Shown piece after piece: positions 30,401 to 39,037 of a stretch of 64,000 bases of DNA. The notes beneath the pieces were generated by a model. The model saw only the letters and a program-made list of their open reading frames with translations, did not search any database and was not told the DNA's origin. Source of the stretch: Candidatus Bruticola sp. (GTDB lineage Bacteria > Vulcanimicrobiota > Xenobia > Xenobiales > Xenobiaceae); assembly GCA_051874735.1 (NCBI GenBank), contig JBJEGD010000002.1:32001-96000 (forward strand), written 5' to 3'. Positions within the stretch are counted from its first letter, which is position 1, and each line of letters begins with the position of its first letter. Both the position numbers and the translations under genes were made by a program.

Positions 30401-30482
30401 CTGCCTGCTGAAAACTCATACAAGCACAAAGAGTAAGCAGTAGGAGCAGCGCCATTACAGGAAACGCCTTCCTAAAATTCAT
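24447..30482 (-). CDS. Bacterial alpha-2-macroglobulin lipoprotein with Ig-like domains
   Basis: Lipobox LCAC; DRGLYRPGE, EFRRPEFEV, LPDNLTRYRV, thioester YPFDCSEQ, PPAKAEEMYAPE. Confidence 0.95.
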   Translation of the reverse strand: MNFRKAFPVMALLLLLTLCACMSFQQAVSREKTSSDGGSSKVPTFDFMLSPGEGVGSKSTAPNASAVCQPLDSAAREKLLQRLPNLPDKSSAQEFYRREDSIPAPRGGKNIEVPFPANKDMELSANQTINAETPLTVLERFSPQGSVSVAPYVSLTFSQPMVALQDVDGTRAIAPAKIKPEVAGHWRWLGTKTAVFEPAGHYMPMSSDYEVVVPASLQDAAGRQLGKEYKFSFQTERLKLLQAYPQGEGVSPSPVCYAVFNQKIDLEKMRKQLILAENGRLSARTEINFLTLKQLPSTSEAVKVLRDLPEDHWVAFKPAHPLKAASDYSIILSKGSSSAEGPLITEAEQSSSFRTFNPLEITGTNCERNWRNNELGVGEKWVIYFNNQLEASGVNTANLIKSITPPLESVHVSVVGSQLVISGDTKADTKYTVKLNPEICDIYSQQLGSRARKLAFNVGPMEAYINMPGDRFNFHVLDPDSPNTYSVYTGAVSSFKAKLFKVNFRDFSAKTSLYFENLDKYEGAGSLVWEKTFQVKAGKNEYVQTQIDVSEAFADGPCLAILALEYGSRRDHYHFGKAVWLQSSSLAADTVADSSHLYVYVTDLKSGQAIKGASVEFDGEVVETDGNGQAIFAKVYDHQKNKHALVRYKKDALFYSVAVRRLNNDRNLLWSVFSDRGLYRPGETLSVKGWIRSVCRGPEANAFLDDKLKQINWKLTDPRGAELATGTSALSGCGGFDFSVNLPSNMNLGRARVLLNAPDCPGNFAAREFSYNFEVQEFRRPEFEVAAQTEGTDHFMGERVRVSAKASYFAGGAVSSSPVIWRAEARRTSYAPPGWHKFIFGQWRPWWSRFLEDDKVEAKHSLNLVTDSLGQSALDVSLGTAQPIEPISMSISAAVSDVNRQTWSDRTSFLVHPAKLYVGIKPDKFRYEHFVKPCVEFIAVSTEGKAVAGRKISLQLARVDNVYDSSGKAVERELKVINDELVSADKPVQKVLPFSESGLWRVRAQISDNQGRVNETTVRIWVGAFQAAGLAKEKIEKQELTLIPDRQEYQPGQTAEIAIQSPFVAKHGVYTISRNGIAQSQSFAINGTNAMLKIPVSENWLPGFKLTVSVSGADERVDSSGAKIKNTQRPAYAVNTLSIKVSTKEKELQVKVEPKEQGVEPGGQTEIKVCVSDCQGRPVTDAEVALVVVDESVWALSGYSIHNPLLDFYSAQPDLTFFDYVRSLVILNNQKPKLVQQLSARSRISDDYGQNLFMMNSVDKMSVAGRSMSPMAKSMAVVTEDAAAPAEGEAGPAEAEIALRSNFNPLAAFAAILKTNAEGKISHKVVLPDNLTRYRVVAVAADKKSRFGLGESSLTARLPLMVRPSAPRFLNFGDKFSLPVVLHNQTSQPLNVQIAARAVNLKVVAPGAYTCRIPANDRREVLIPMETEQAGQATIQVAAASSKYSDSAQCVLPVYTPCTTEGFATYGTIDDNQVLRQPLQRPRESFKQFGGLDISTSSTALQELTDAVIYLCEYPFDCSEQLASRIIVIANLKDVLHSFKAEGVPSQEALDDFMAASLKKLQQRQNSRGGFGLWTADKCVLPFVSVHCAQALVTARAHGFKVNDDMYNKALRYAARAYEETSDPRKYNRQARLNVAAYADNVLWQAGRKVTNHYTELKKEDLSKVYLDTLGWYLPVIKDAIGDKALADEIRRQINNKITETAEKVNIGEFAKQGDYLILNSRFRDEAVLLSALMFDNPKNSVIPKLVRSLLDGRRHGSWDTTQANAMVVMALNKYFRTYESVTPDFAVNLWLGRDYVGKHKFQGRSTDYQVSHVPMEFIEDQSNLIVAKNGPGRLYYRLGLKYALKNLKSEPIEAGFAVARTYEGVDDPNDVRRIDGSTWKFKLGSRVRCSTTLVAPARRAHVALSVPLPAGCEILNSALKMTEELPNDDQERVQPLPYWSYFQFNPFDHQNLRDDKAEVFSLIMPGGEYKYSFICRASSPGTFVVPPAKAEEMYAPEVFGRTGSIKVIIK

Positions 30483-30643
30483 GCGGACTTACCTCCGTAA
30501 AAACTAAGTAAATATGATGGCCAGTCAGGACAGTACAGATAATTTAGTCAAGAGCTACAACTGTTACGAGTAAATACCAAATCTAACAGATAATTCCATT
30601 TAGATAAAGAAATCGTTAACAAAAAGTGAATCGTTTGGCTTAA

Positions 30644-32338
30644 TTAAGCTAAAACTGCACCTTTTTTCCGGGCTTCCTCTAATACTTCCCGGCGCAGATG
30701 TTCACAAATTTCGTCAATTGAGTCAGGATTTAAAGCTGGAATTTCCAACCAATAGGGCGCATGTTCTTTTACTTCTAAAACACGGAACTCCAAAGCATTT
30801 TTATATAGGACTCGGTCATTTTCTGAGGGCAGTTTTCCCAGCAGAGACATAACTAAACCGCCCACAGTTTCAGCTTTTTCATTTTGGAAGCTATCATCTA
30901 ACTTATCGGCGACATCTTTCATATGCTCTTTAGCAGCCCGTTTAGATACACTGTCGATAAAGTCGTCAAGCTCCAGTTCTTCAATTTCATCTTGAACCAG
31001 TTCATCTAAACGCTGATTGAGACGCTGTTCTCCAATCTGCAACAGCAAAGTGCGCCCCAAATCGCGTCTTAAATCTTTGTCGCGTTTAGGTCGGAGCTTT
31101 TGGGATAAAGTTTCGCTGACACAAGCAATAAGCTGTTCTTCCAGAGCTTCCTCCATGTCCTCTATAAGGTCTTCCAAAGAGACAACTCCTTCTACTTCCC
31201 AGCTACGACACCCCAAATCAAAACTAACTTCCTGACGCTCTTCTCCTTCAAATTCATCGTAAACGTATCCGACAACTTCTTCAAAAAGATCTTCCATAGT
31301 TACGATGCCGGCTATTCCGCCTTTTTCATCAACTACAGCGGCCATATGTACAGATTTGGCGCACATCTCTTTAAAAGCCAGATCGAGCGTAATTAGTTCA
31401 TGTATAATAGGATAAGGCTGACTGTGCAAGCGTACGGGTTCTTTGCCCTTGCCATCGCGCATAGCCCTGTACAGATCGCGCACTAAAACCATACTGTTAG
31501 TATCGTCAAGATCTTCTTCAAAAACGGGGTAGCGACTGCAGCGATACTGACGCACCTGACGCAGGGCTTCCTGTACGGTCACACTACCTTGAAAGGCCAA
31601 AACCTGAGTGCGTGGAACCATAACACTGCGCACAATTTCATCACCGAAGTGAAGCCATTCACGCGCCCAATCGCCGGCCTCATCGTCTATTAAACGTTCA
31701 TTTTGAAAAGTTTCTAAAGCCCTATCTAAAGTTTCTTTAGAGACATGTTGACTTAAATCTTTCTGGATAGGAATATCCATGCGCCGCAACGCCCAGTTGG
31801 TAATATGGCTCAGCCCAAGAGCCAACCAATGAAGCAGCTTGTTGCTAATGCACATAAATCCGTAGGTCAGTTGAGCAGCCCTAATAGGCTTGTGCAAAGC
31901 AGCAGTTTTAGGGATCATTTCCCCAGCCACTACGTGAATATAAGTAAGGATAAGCAAAGAGAGAATTGAAGCAGCGCCATGTACGGTACCAGCCAAAGCC
32001 GTACCTTCTAAACCTATTTGAAAATGGTTAGCTAATTTAATAAACATACCGGCTAAAGCGTGTTCGCTATACACACCTAGCCCTAAACTGGAACAGGTCA
32101 CTCCCACCTGAACAACGGTAACATAATTATCAAATTGAACTGAATCGTTTTTTATTTCTAAAAGACGACAGGCCCAATGGGCATTCCGCCCCCTAGCCTT
32201 ATACTCATCGATAATAGTCCGTAATTCAAGGGGCTTACTGTTTAATAAAGCGAACTCAGCTGCGACATAAGCAGCATTAATTGCGATCAGTACAACAATG
32301 ACACTTAATTGAATAAGAATATCGCCAATTTCTGCCAT
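30644..32338 (-). CDS. CNNM/HlyC-CorC family protein (DUF21-CBS-CorC)
   Basis: NAAYVAAEFAL, GEMIPK, MVPR, SRYPV, VVDEKGGIAGIVTMEDLFEEVVG, ETVGGLV. Confidence 0.92.
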   Translation of the reverse strand: MAEIGDILIQLSVIVVLIAINAAYVAAEFALLNSKPLELRTIIDEYKARGRNAHWACRLLEIKNDSVQFDNYVTVVQVGVTCSSLGLGVYSEHALAGMFIKLANHFQIGLEGTALAGTVHGAASILSLLILTYIHVVAGEMIPKTAALHKPIRAAQLTYGFMCISNKLLHWLALGLSHITNWALRRMDIPIQKDLSQHVSKETLDRALETFQNERLIDDEAGDWAREWLHFGDEIVRSVMVPRTQVLAFQGSVTVQEALRQVRQYRCSRYPVFEEDLDDTNSMVLVRDLYRAMRDGKGKEPVRLHSQPYPIIHELITLDLAFKEMCAKSVHMAAVVDEKGGIAGIVTMEDLFEEVVGYVYDEFEGEERQEVSFDLGCRSWEVEGVVSLEDLIEDMEEALEEQLIACVSETLSQKLRPKRDKDLRRDLGRTLLLQIGEQRLNQRLDELVQDEIEELELDDFIDSVSKRAAKEHMKDVADKLDDSFQNEKAETVGGLVMSLLGKLPSENDRVLYKNALEFRVLEVKEHAPYWLEIPALNPDSIDEICEHLRREVLEEARKKGAVLA

Positions 32339-32341
32339 ACT

Positions 32342-33949
32342 TTAATTAGCCTCCCTCTGTTTTCCGAAAGGCTGATCCTTGGCATAATTTTCCGAATCTG
32401 AAGCCAAAACTGTGTATTTACCGCGCTTTTTACCATCTTTTTTGGCAGAAGAAGCAGCTGCATATTTCATGTCGGCTTCATCAACGATACTGTTGCCTGA
32501 CAGAATTTCTAAAAGATCTTCTAAAGTTAAAACTCCTAGCACTTGTCTATTTTCATCTTCTACTATAGCCATGGAAGCATATTTTTCTTTCATTTCTTCC
32601 CTGACCTCATCTAATTCATCATCTAGACGACAATGAACCAGCGACCCCCGCTTAACAAATCCGTGAGGGAACAAAATTTCGCGCTGTGCTCTTTCGTTGG
32701 CATAATTTTCTGCCTGTTTGGCAGCTCTCTTGCTTTTGCGTTCTACAGCCTTCTTGTGTTCAGAGCGCAACTTTAACTCATGCTGACTTTCAAGCTCAAT
32801 CTTTTTAATGGCCTCATCTCGCTCACTGTCAATATTTTGCTGAATTTTTAAATCGTGAGCAGAAAAAATAGCATCACATTCTTTAAGCGTCAGTTCATGG
32901 AGAGAGCGATGCCCACTTTCTTCCAAAGCCTTTTCAAATAATCCGTCCGCCAAGGCCACTCCCATATCTTTAATATGCACTAAGCCGATAATAGAAGCAC
33001 TATTTTCACCACTCCCGTACACAGGCAAACGGCTATAAGGACTTTTATCGAAAATGCTTTCTACTTCAGCAATACTATTGGACTCACGAAGATAAATAAG
33101 TTCATGAGGTTTTAAATCGTCATTTACACTGTTGTTTTTGACGCCGTCGGCTTCATCTTTAATTTTGACTCTGACAGCAAAACGGATCGGTACAGCTTTA
33201 TATTCAGGGGTCCCTTCAAGTCTTTCCTGACTAGCCTCAGTTTTAGCGACCTCTGGATAAGTTATAAAAACATCGGAAACATGCTTATTAGGGAATTTTA
33301 ACGAAGAGGTAACTCGCTGGCGTTCGGTAGCTCCAATAAATCCAGTCTCAGCACTTATATTAGCCATAGCAATAACATCTTTTAAACTGGCGGAATGGCT
33401 ATGCTGATTATCTAAATCGACAAAAAACTTCAAAATAAAAAGACCGGAAGAATTTAGAAAATTTACAGCCCAACTGAAGTGGCGTAAGAACCAATCGACA
33501 GTGCCTATACATCCTAAGGCGATTACTTCCGTATTGCGGGTAGCGATAGACTTAGGGACTAATTCGCCAGCTACAACCTGAAGGCAAGTAAAAAAGACTA
33601 TCAGAGCGACTCTGGTTATTTGAGCAGCTCCGTCCTTATCAACTCCGAAATACCTAAACGGCTCTATACAATATTCTGCTAAATATTTTTCACCAATAGC
33701 ACCTATTAACAAACTGGCGATAGTAATAATAATTTGGCAAGCAGCTACACAATGATCCAAGGAATAGCTGTCATTGAGATGCGGCAGAAGACGGGCAGCC
33801 CTTTTGCAATTCGGATTTTTTTTATTGTTAGCAATGCTCTTAATATGCTCTTTATCTACAGCGACAATAGCAAACTCGGCAGCAACAGCTATAGCTGTGG
33901 CCAAAAGAAGAAAGACGATACAAGTTAGGGCAAAAAAAAGTGTATACAT
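32342..33949 (-). CDS. CNNM/HlyC family protein (DUF21-CBS), second paralog
   Basis: AAEFAIV, GELVPKSIA, YSRLPV, GVLTLEDLLEIL. Confidence 0.9.
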   Translation of the reverse strand: MYTLFFALTCIVFLLLATAIAVAAEFAIVAVDKEHIKSIANNKKNPNCKRAARLLPHLNDSYSLDHCVAACQIIITIASLLIGAIGEKYLAEYCIEPFRYFGVDKDGAAQITRVALIVFFTCLQVVAGELVPKSIATRNTEVIALGCIGTVDWFLRHFSWAVNFLNSSGLFILKFFVDLDNQHSHSASLKDVIAMANISAETGFIGATERQRVTSSLKFPNKHVSDVFITYPEVAKTEASQERLEGTPEYKAVPIRFAVRVKIKDEADGVKNNSVNDDLKPHELIYLRESNSIAEVESIFDKSPYSRLPVYGSGENSASIIGLVHIKDMGVALADGLFEKALEESGHRSLHELTLKECDAIFSAHDLKIQQNIDSERDEAIKKIELESQHELKLRSEHKKAVERKSKRAAKQAENYANERAQREILFPHGFVKRGSLVHCRLDDELDEVREEMKEKYASMAIVEDENRQVLGVLTLEDLLEILSGNSIVDEADMKYAAASSAKKDGKKRGKYTVLASDSENYAKDQPFGKQREAN

Positions 33950-34360
33950 GGGCGGAAATAGATTCCGACTAAATTCCTCCTATAGGTCTATAAAAAAGCC
34001 CAAAATCAAAACTTAGCAATATTATCCCCCAATTATCTGTTCCCCTCTATTTTGACGGAGAACAGAGTTGGTATTATGACAGAGATAGAAACTCTGACCT
34101 GACTTTTTCTACATCGGTGTACAGAAGAGAATATATCAATAACCAGGAATTTTTCGGTTCTGACAAGACATTTTCAATCACTTTCCCCCACTTCCTGGTA
34201 AGGGGGGAATTCGCGTAGAATAAACGAAATGGAGGGGGGCTTCTGTGCACATTTTGATATTCAGAGCATGGCTTAGGATAATCCCACAGTTTTGCTCCAT
34301 CAGCTTGTCAAAGGAAGCTGATTTAGTTTGCAAGCTTAGTTCAAGGAGCTTTTATTAGAC

Positions 34361-34885
34361 ATGAGCAACAGTGATATGACCGTTCAGAGCGCCACTAACA
34401 ACTGTGTAGTAGGTATAAATTACATTCTTACAGATGCCGATGGCAAAATTCTTGACCAATCCGAAGGACAACCGTTGGAGTATCTGCACGGCCATCACAA
34501 CATTATAGTCGGTTTGGAAAAAGCGATGGAAGGGCATAAAGTAGGCGACAAGTTCAAAGTGACCATACCGGCTGAAGAAGCTTACGGCCAATCAGATCCT
34601 GACCGCATTTTTGAAATAGATCGCTCCGATTTAGGCAGTGCCGGTGAACCAAAAGTGGGCATGATGGCCCGTCTCAGTACGGATCAGGGCATGATTATAG
34701 CCCGCATAACTGAAGTTTCTGAAGAAAAAGTAGTATTCGACGCCAATCACCCTATGGCAGGCATCGATCTAACCTTTGAGGTAGAAGTTGTAAGTATTCG
34801 CCAAGCTACAGAAGAAGAGATCGCCAATGGCGGGCTCCATAATGGATGTGGAGGCGATTGCCATTCCTGTGGCGGCTGCCACTAG
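34361..34885 (+). CDS. slyD: FKBP-type peptidyl-prolyl isomerase SlyD
   Basis: PLEYLHG..NII.GLE, EEAYG, DANHPMAG, Cys/His-rich tail. Confidence 0.95.
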   Translation: MSNSDMTVQSATNNCVVGINYILTDADGKILDQSEGQPLEYLHGHHNIIVGLEKAMEGHKVGDKFKVTIPAEEAYGQSDPDRIFEIDRSDLGSAGEPKVGMMARLSTDQGMIIARITEVSEEKVVFDANHPMAGIDLTFEVEVVSIRQATEEEIANGGLHNGCGGDCHSCGGCH

Positions 34886-34945
34886 TTTAAAATTTTAGGG
34901 GAGCAAAGCGGCCAAAAGAATCAGCTCATTAGTAAATATCGATAA

Positions 34946-37900
34946 ATGGTGAAGCACCGAGAGGGTTTTATGTACGAACCAGCCACAAGTGGCAACAACA
35001 TATACGGACAGGATCCGCTCCCGCAGGACGTTTCAGAATCTATCCCTGCTGTGAAAAAACAAGAAGCGATCGTGCCCCAGGGGGATCGTTCTTTACCTGC
35101 GCAATATTCTGCTGGCCCTCTCTCTTCCGCTTCAGCTTTAAATAAGCAGAGAACAGCACCGCCAGCTCCGAACTTAAGAGGCCGCAATATTGCAGCAAGT
35201 TCCTCAAGTTCAGATCAGCGCCACACTACAAATAGAGTTACTGGCGGTGCAGTAAATTCAAATAGTGCTGTTCCAACACCTATGAGATCAAACGAATCAC
35301 TCGCAAGCAGATCTGCCTCCGGATCAGCTGCTCCAGCGGCTGCTTCCCTTATAGGGGGACACAGAACTGAACAGGTTGTAAATCCACGACTGCGCTATAC
35401 CAGCCAATCAAGGCGCAATGCCCCACTTATTGAAGAGGCTTCATCTGCGTCTAAAGCAGCTTTGGCTATGGAAAAACCAAGCTTGGCCCCCTCAGCTAAG
35501 TTACAGGCCGACGCTACCTCTTTACCTTACAAAACGCTCAACACACAGCATCCAACTCATTTGGAGTCTCCACTTCACACTTCTCACCCATCTCAGCCAA
35601 CGAATAGCTCAGGTCCCTATAAACCTGGGGGTACTATTTCTACAGGGCTCCCACAGCCGCAGCGAGCGGAAGAACCTTCCCCTTATGACCGAACGGCTAA
35701 AGTTTATCAAACCAGAACAATAGCTTCTTTAGGTAATTCTAGTACTATACGCAGCGACAGCGCGACTCCAGCCGCAGTTCAAACACGCCAATCCCAGGCG
35801 CCCACTTTAGGACAAAGTACTAATCAGCCTAGAAGTCAAGCGGCCACTCTGGGCGGCACTATGCAGCCTTATCAGCCCAGGACAGCTGCTTCTTCGGGAA
35901 GTACTACTTCTATACATAGCGGCAGCGCGGCTCCAGCTGCAGCTCAAGCACGCCAGCCCCAGGCACCCACTCTGGGACAAAGTACTACTCAATCTAAAAT
36001 CCAAGCGGCCACTCTGGGTAGCACTATGCAGCCTTATCAACCTAGGACGGCTGCTTCTTTGGGAAGTACTACTTCTATGCGTAGCGGCAGCGCGACTCCA
36101 ACCGCAGCTCAAACACGCCAAACCCAGGCGCCCACTTTAGGACAAAGTACTAATCAGCCTAGAAATCAGGCGGCCACTCTGGGCAGCACTATGCAGCCTT
36201 ATCAACCTAGGACGGCTGCTTCTTTAGGCAACACTGCTTCTATACGCAGCGACAGCGCGGCTCCAGCTGCAGCTCAAGCACGCCAGCCCCAGGCACCCAC
36301 TCTGGGACAAAGTACTACTCAATCTAAAATCCAAGCGGCCACTCTGGGTAGCACTATGCAGCCTTATCAACCTAGGACGGCTGCTTCTTTGGGAAGTACT
36401 ACTTCTATGCGTAGCGGCAGCGCGACTCCAACCGCAGCTCAAACACGCCAAACCCAGGCGCCCACTTTAGGACAAAGTACTAATCAGCCTAGAAATCAGG
36501 CGGCCACTCTGGGCAGCACTATGCAGCCTTATCAGCCCAGGACGGCTGCTTCTTTGGGAAGTACTACTTCTATACGCAGCAGCAGCGCGGCTCCAGCTGC
36601 AGCTCAAACACGACAACCCCAGGCGCCCACTTTAGGACAAAGTACTACTCAATCTAAAAGCCAAGCAGCCACTCTGGGCAGCACTATGCAGCCCTATCAG
36701 CCCAGGACAGCTGCTTCTTTGGAAAGTACTACTTCTATACGCAGCGGCAGCGCGGCTCCAGCTGCAGCTCAAACACGCCAGCCCCAAGCGGCTACTTTAA
36801 AACAAAGTTCAACTCCGTCTCAAAATCAGGCTTTATCTTCCCGTAGCACGGTACAACCTTCTATTCCTGTATCCTCAGCTTTATCTGATAAACCTTCGTC
36901 CGTAAACTCTGTGGCTGCTTCCGGAAGGCACTTCAAAGAGAAACAAGCTACAGACACATCTGCTCCTTATCAGCCAGGTAAAGCGGCCAATTATCCTTCC
37001 CTGGAAGAAGCTAAACAGCGCGATACGTTCCGAACAGCAGAACATACAGAAAAAACAAGCGAAACCAAACCCAAGCGCCGCCCCAACGCGGCCTCTCAAC
37101 CTTTAATTCAAGCCAATACCTCCAAAGGTTCTTCTAAACATAGCCAGGGAGGACGCGTAATTCCGACTATTTCAGCTACTCCTCCCAAAGAATTTATTAA
37201 AGAAAAAGAACGCAAAGCTTTGTTAGCTCAGCGCGTGGTCGAATATAATAATATTCAGGCTTACTATGCTAGCTATATGGCTAACTACGAGCAGCAGCAA
37301 AATAGGTTGGAACAGCTGATAAAAGATGAGACTATCTCAACCATAGAGAGAGCTCACCTGTTTAAACAACAATCAGAACTTTATCAAAAACAACGTGCTC
37401 TGTTCCAGTTACAGACAAATCTGTATGAGTACGTAAGCAACAAGAACTTCGATCCTAAAGAAGAGCTGCCGTTTACTCCTCTCGATGAAGAAACTAATAA
37501 ACCTAAAAATTTTAACAAATCTCCAGAAGAACATTGGTCAGCCATTCTCGGTTCTGAAATAAAAAAACAGACACGCAAACAACGCAAAAACGAAAGCAAA
37601 CAGCCTTATAAAATTACCAAGCGCCATGAATCAGTTCTGGAAAGACGCCAACGGCGCATGGAAGAGCTCAAGCGTTGGGAAAAAGAATGGAGTCAGTACT
37701 ATAAAAAAGATCCTTTCTGGCGCAAACAAAGGTACTGGAAAGCTCTGTTTTTTATAATCGGAGTAACCTTACTGATAGGCCTTATAAACATAAATAACGT
37801 TATGAAATGGTTTGCTTCCGATTATGAGCGACCGCTAGTACCAATTGAAACTAATGAGCTGAAAACTAACTACAAAGAGGGATACATATCTGTACACAAG

Positions 37901-38593
37901 GGCGATGTCGTACCTGTTGACAGTCGATTAGTTTCTTATTCCTCTCCATACAATGTTATGGCTATGCGCAACGGAGGAAACCTTCGTATAGATAAATATA
38001 CCGATGTTACTATTGAAAACTTGAAAACTAACAAAAATGGGAACTTCCACAGCAGCTTTTATCTTAAGCAGGGGCGTGTTTGCGCCTACAGCGAACCTGA
38101 CAGCTTAGTTTTTATGCTTACTCCTCAAGTGCGTATTAGTCCAGTTAACGATCAGCCTACACTATATGCAGCAGTGTTGAAAACGGATGGACAAGGTAAA
38201 CAATTTACTCTGCTAAGCGTGTACCGGGGTATGTGCGTGGTAGGTTACAATACCGGCACCTTACAGACAGTTAGAGTAAGTGCCGGCCAGTCACTAAAAA
38301 GTTACTCTTCCAGTTTAGGCCAGCCTGACAGTCTGCGCCAGCCTGATAAATGGACAAAATGGAATTATGGCTGGACTGATACAAAAAATTATGTATCTCC
38401 TCTGGCTTCTCCTAAATCTAAAGATGATATCGACGAAATCGAAGACGACACTCCTGATAGCGCCGTAGAAGCTTTTACTAAAAAACAGGCGCTTGACAAA
38501 CAGAAGGAAGCAGCCGCCAAGGTAGAAGCTGCTAAAAAGAGTCGAAAGGCAAAAGCAAAACCGAAATCTAAGAATAAAACTAATAAAAAATAA
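34946..38593 (+). CDS. Large single-pass membrane protein: S/T/Q/A-rich 55-aa repeats, coiled coil, TM, FecR-like domain
   Basis: 1215-aa ORF; TM ALFFIIGVTLLIGLI; C-terminal LRIDKYTDV..LKQGRV..LSVYRG resembles FecR. Confidence 0.8.
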   Translation: MVKHREGFMYEPATSGNNIYGQDPLPQDVSESIPAVKKQEAIVPQGDRSLPAQYSAGPLSSASALNKQRTAPPAPNLRGRNIAASSSSSDQRHTTNRVTGGAVNSNSAVPTPMRSNESLASRSASGSAAPAAASLIGGHRTEQVVNPRLRYTSQSRRNAPLIEEASSASKAALAMEKPSLAPSAKLQADATSLPYKTLNTQHPTHLESPLHTSHPSQPTNSSGPYKPGGTISTGLPQPQRAEEPSPYDRTAKVYQTRTIASLGNSSTIRSDSATPAAVQTRQSQAPTLGQSTNQPRSQAATLGGTMQPYQPRTAASSGSTTSIHSGSAAPAAAQARQPQAPTLGQSTTQSKIQAATLGSTMQPYQPRTAASLGSTTSMRSGSATPTAAQTRQTQAPTLGQSTNQPRNQAATLGSTMQPYQPRTAASLGNTASIRSDSAAPAAAQARQPQAPTLGQSTTQSKIQAATLGSTMQPYQPRTAASLGSTTSMRSGSATPTAAQTRQTQAPTLGQSTNQPRNQAATLGSTMQPYQPRTAASLGSTTSIRSSSAAPAAAQTRQPQAPTLGQSTTQSKSQAATLGSTMQPYQPRTAASLESTTSIRSGSAAPAAAQTRQPQAATLKQSSTPSQNQALSSRSTVQPSIPVSSALSDKPSSVNSVAASGRHFKEKQATDTSAPYQPGKAANYPSLEEAKQRDTFRTAEHTEKTSETKPKRRPNAASQPLIQANTSKGSSKHSQGGRVIPTISATPPKEFIKEKERKALLAQRVVEYNNIQAYYASYMANYEQQQNRLEQLIKDETISTIERAHLFKQQSELYQKQRALFQLQTNLYEYVSNKNFDPKEELPFTPLDEETNKPKNFNKSPEEHWSAILGSEIKKQTRKQRKNESKQPYKITKRHESVLERRQRRMEELKRWEKEWSQYYKKDPFWRKQRYWKALFFIIGVTLLIGLININNVMKWFASDYERPLVPIETNELKTNYKEGYISVHKGDVVPVDSRLVSYSSPYNVMAMRNGGNLRIDKYTDVTIENLKTNKNGNFHSSFYLKQGRVCAYSEPDSLVFMLTPQVRISPVNDQPTLYAAVLKTDGQGKQFTLLSVYRGMCVVGYNTGTLQTVRVSAGQSLKSYSSSLGQPDSLRQPDKWTKWNYGWTDTKNYVSPLASPKSKDDIDEIEDDTPDSAVEAFTKKQALDKQKEAAAKVEAAKKSRKAKAKPKSKNKTNKK
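35705..36800 (+). repeat. Intragenic tandem repeat, 165-bp unit, ~6.6 copies, 330-bp higher-order period
   Basis: YQPRTAAS-like codons start at 35705, 35870, 36035, 36200, 36365, 36530 and 36695. Confidence 0.95.
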
Positions 38594-38646
38594 AATCAGC
38601 TGCTTATTTAAAAACAGCCGATCAAGAAACGAGGCTTAACATTTTT

Positions 38647-39036
38647 ATGAGTGAACATCACCATAGCGAACATCACCATTCAAAGGAAGAGTGCTATCAT
38701 CATGAGCACCACGAACTCCGCATTCCAGCAGAATTAAGCGCTAAAGCTTCTGAAGTTTTCATAAATAAGCACGGAGGACGCGGAACGGCTCTAAATTTTC
38801 CCTGCCGTTTTCCTATTAAAGTATTTGGCAAAGCTGAAGAAGATTTTTTAGCTTACGCTCACAAACTGGTGCAAAAACATGTGCCTGAGCTTTCTCTCGA
38901 TAAATGCCGCTTAACGCACAGCAGTAAAGGGCGCTACGTATCCGTCACTATCGATATTATTGCTTCCAGCCGCGAACAGCTCGACGCCATTTATGCTGAT
39001 CTAAAAAATGATGAGCGAATAGCCGCAATGTTGTAA
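38647..39036 (+). CDS. DUF493/YbeD family protein with His-rich N-terminus
   Basis: FPCRFPIKVFG, SSKGRYVSVT, SREQLDAIY. Confidence 0.9.
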   Translation: MSEHHHSEHHHSKEECYHHEHHELRIPAELSAKASEVFINKHGGRGTALNFPCRFPIKVFGKAEEDFLAYAHKLVQKHVPELSLDKCRLTHSSKGRYVSVTIDIIASSREQLDAIYADLKNDERIAAML

Positions 39037-39037
39037 T

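Noticed and set aside
35705-36800. Repeat array as CRISPR
   Set aside because: In-frame coding repeats of 165 bp, no unique spacers, no cas genes.
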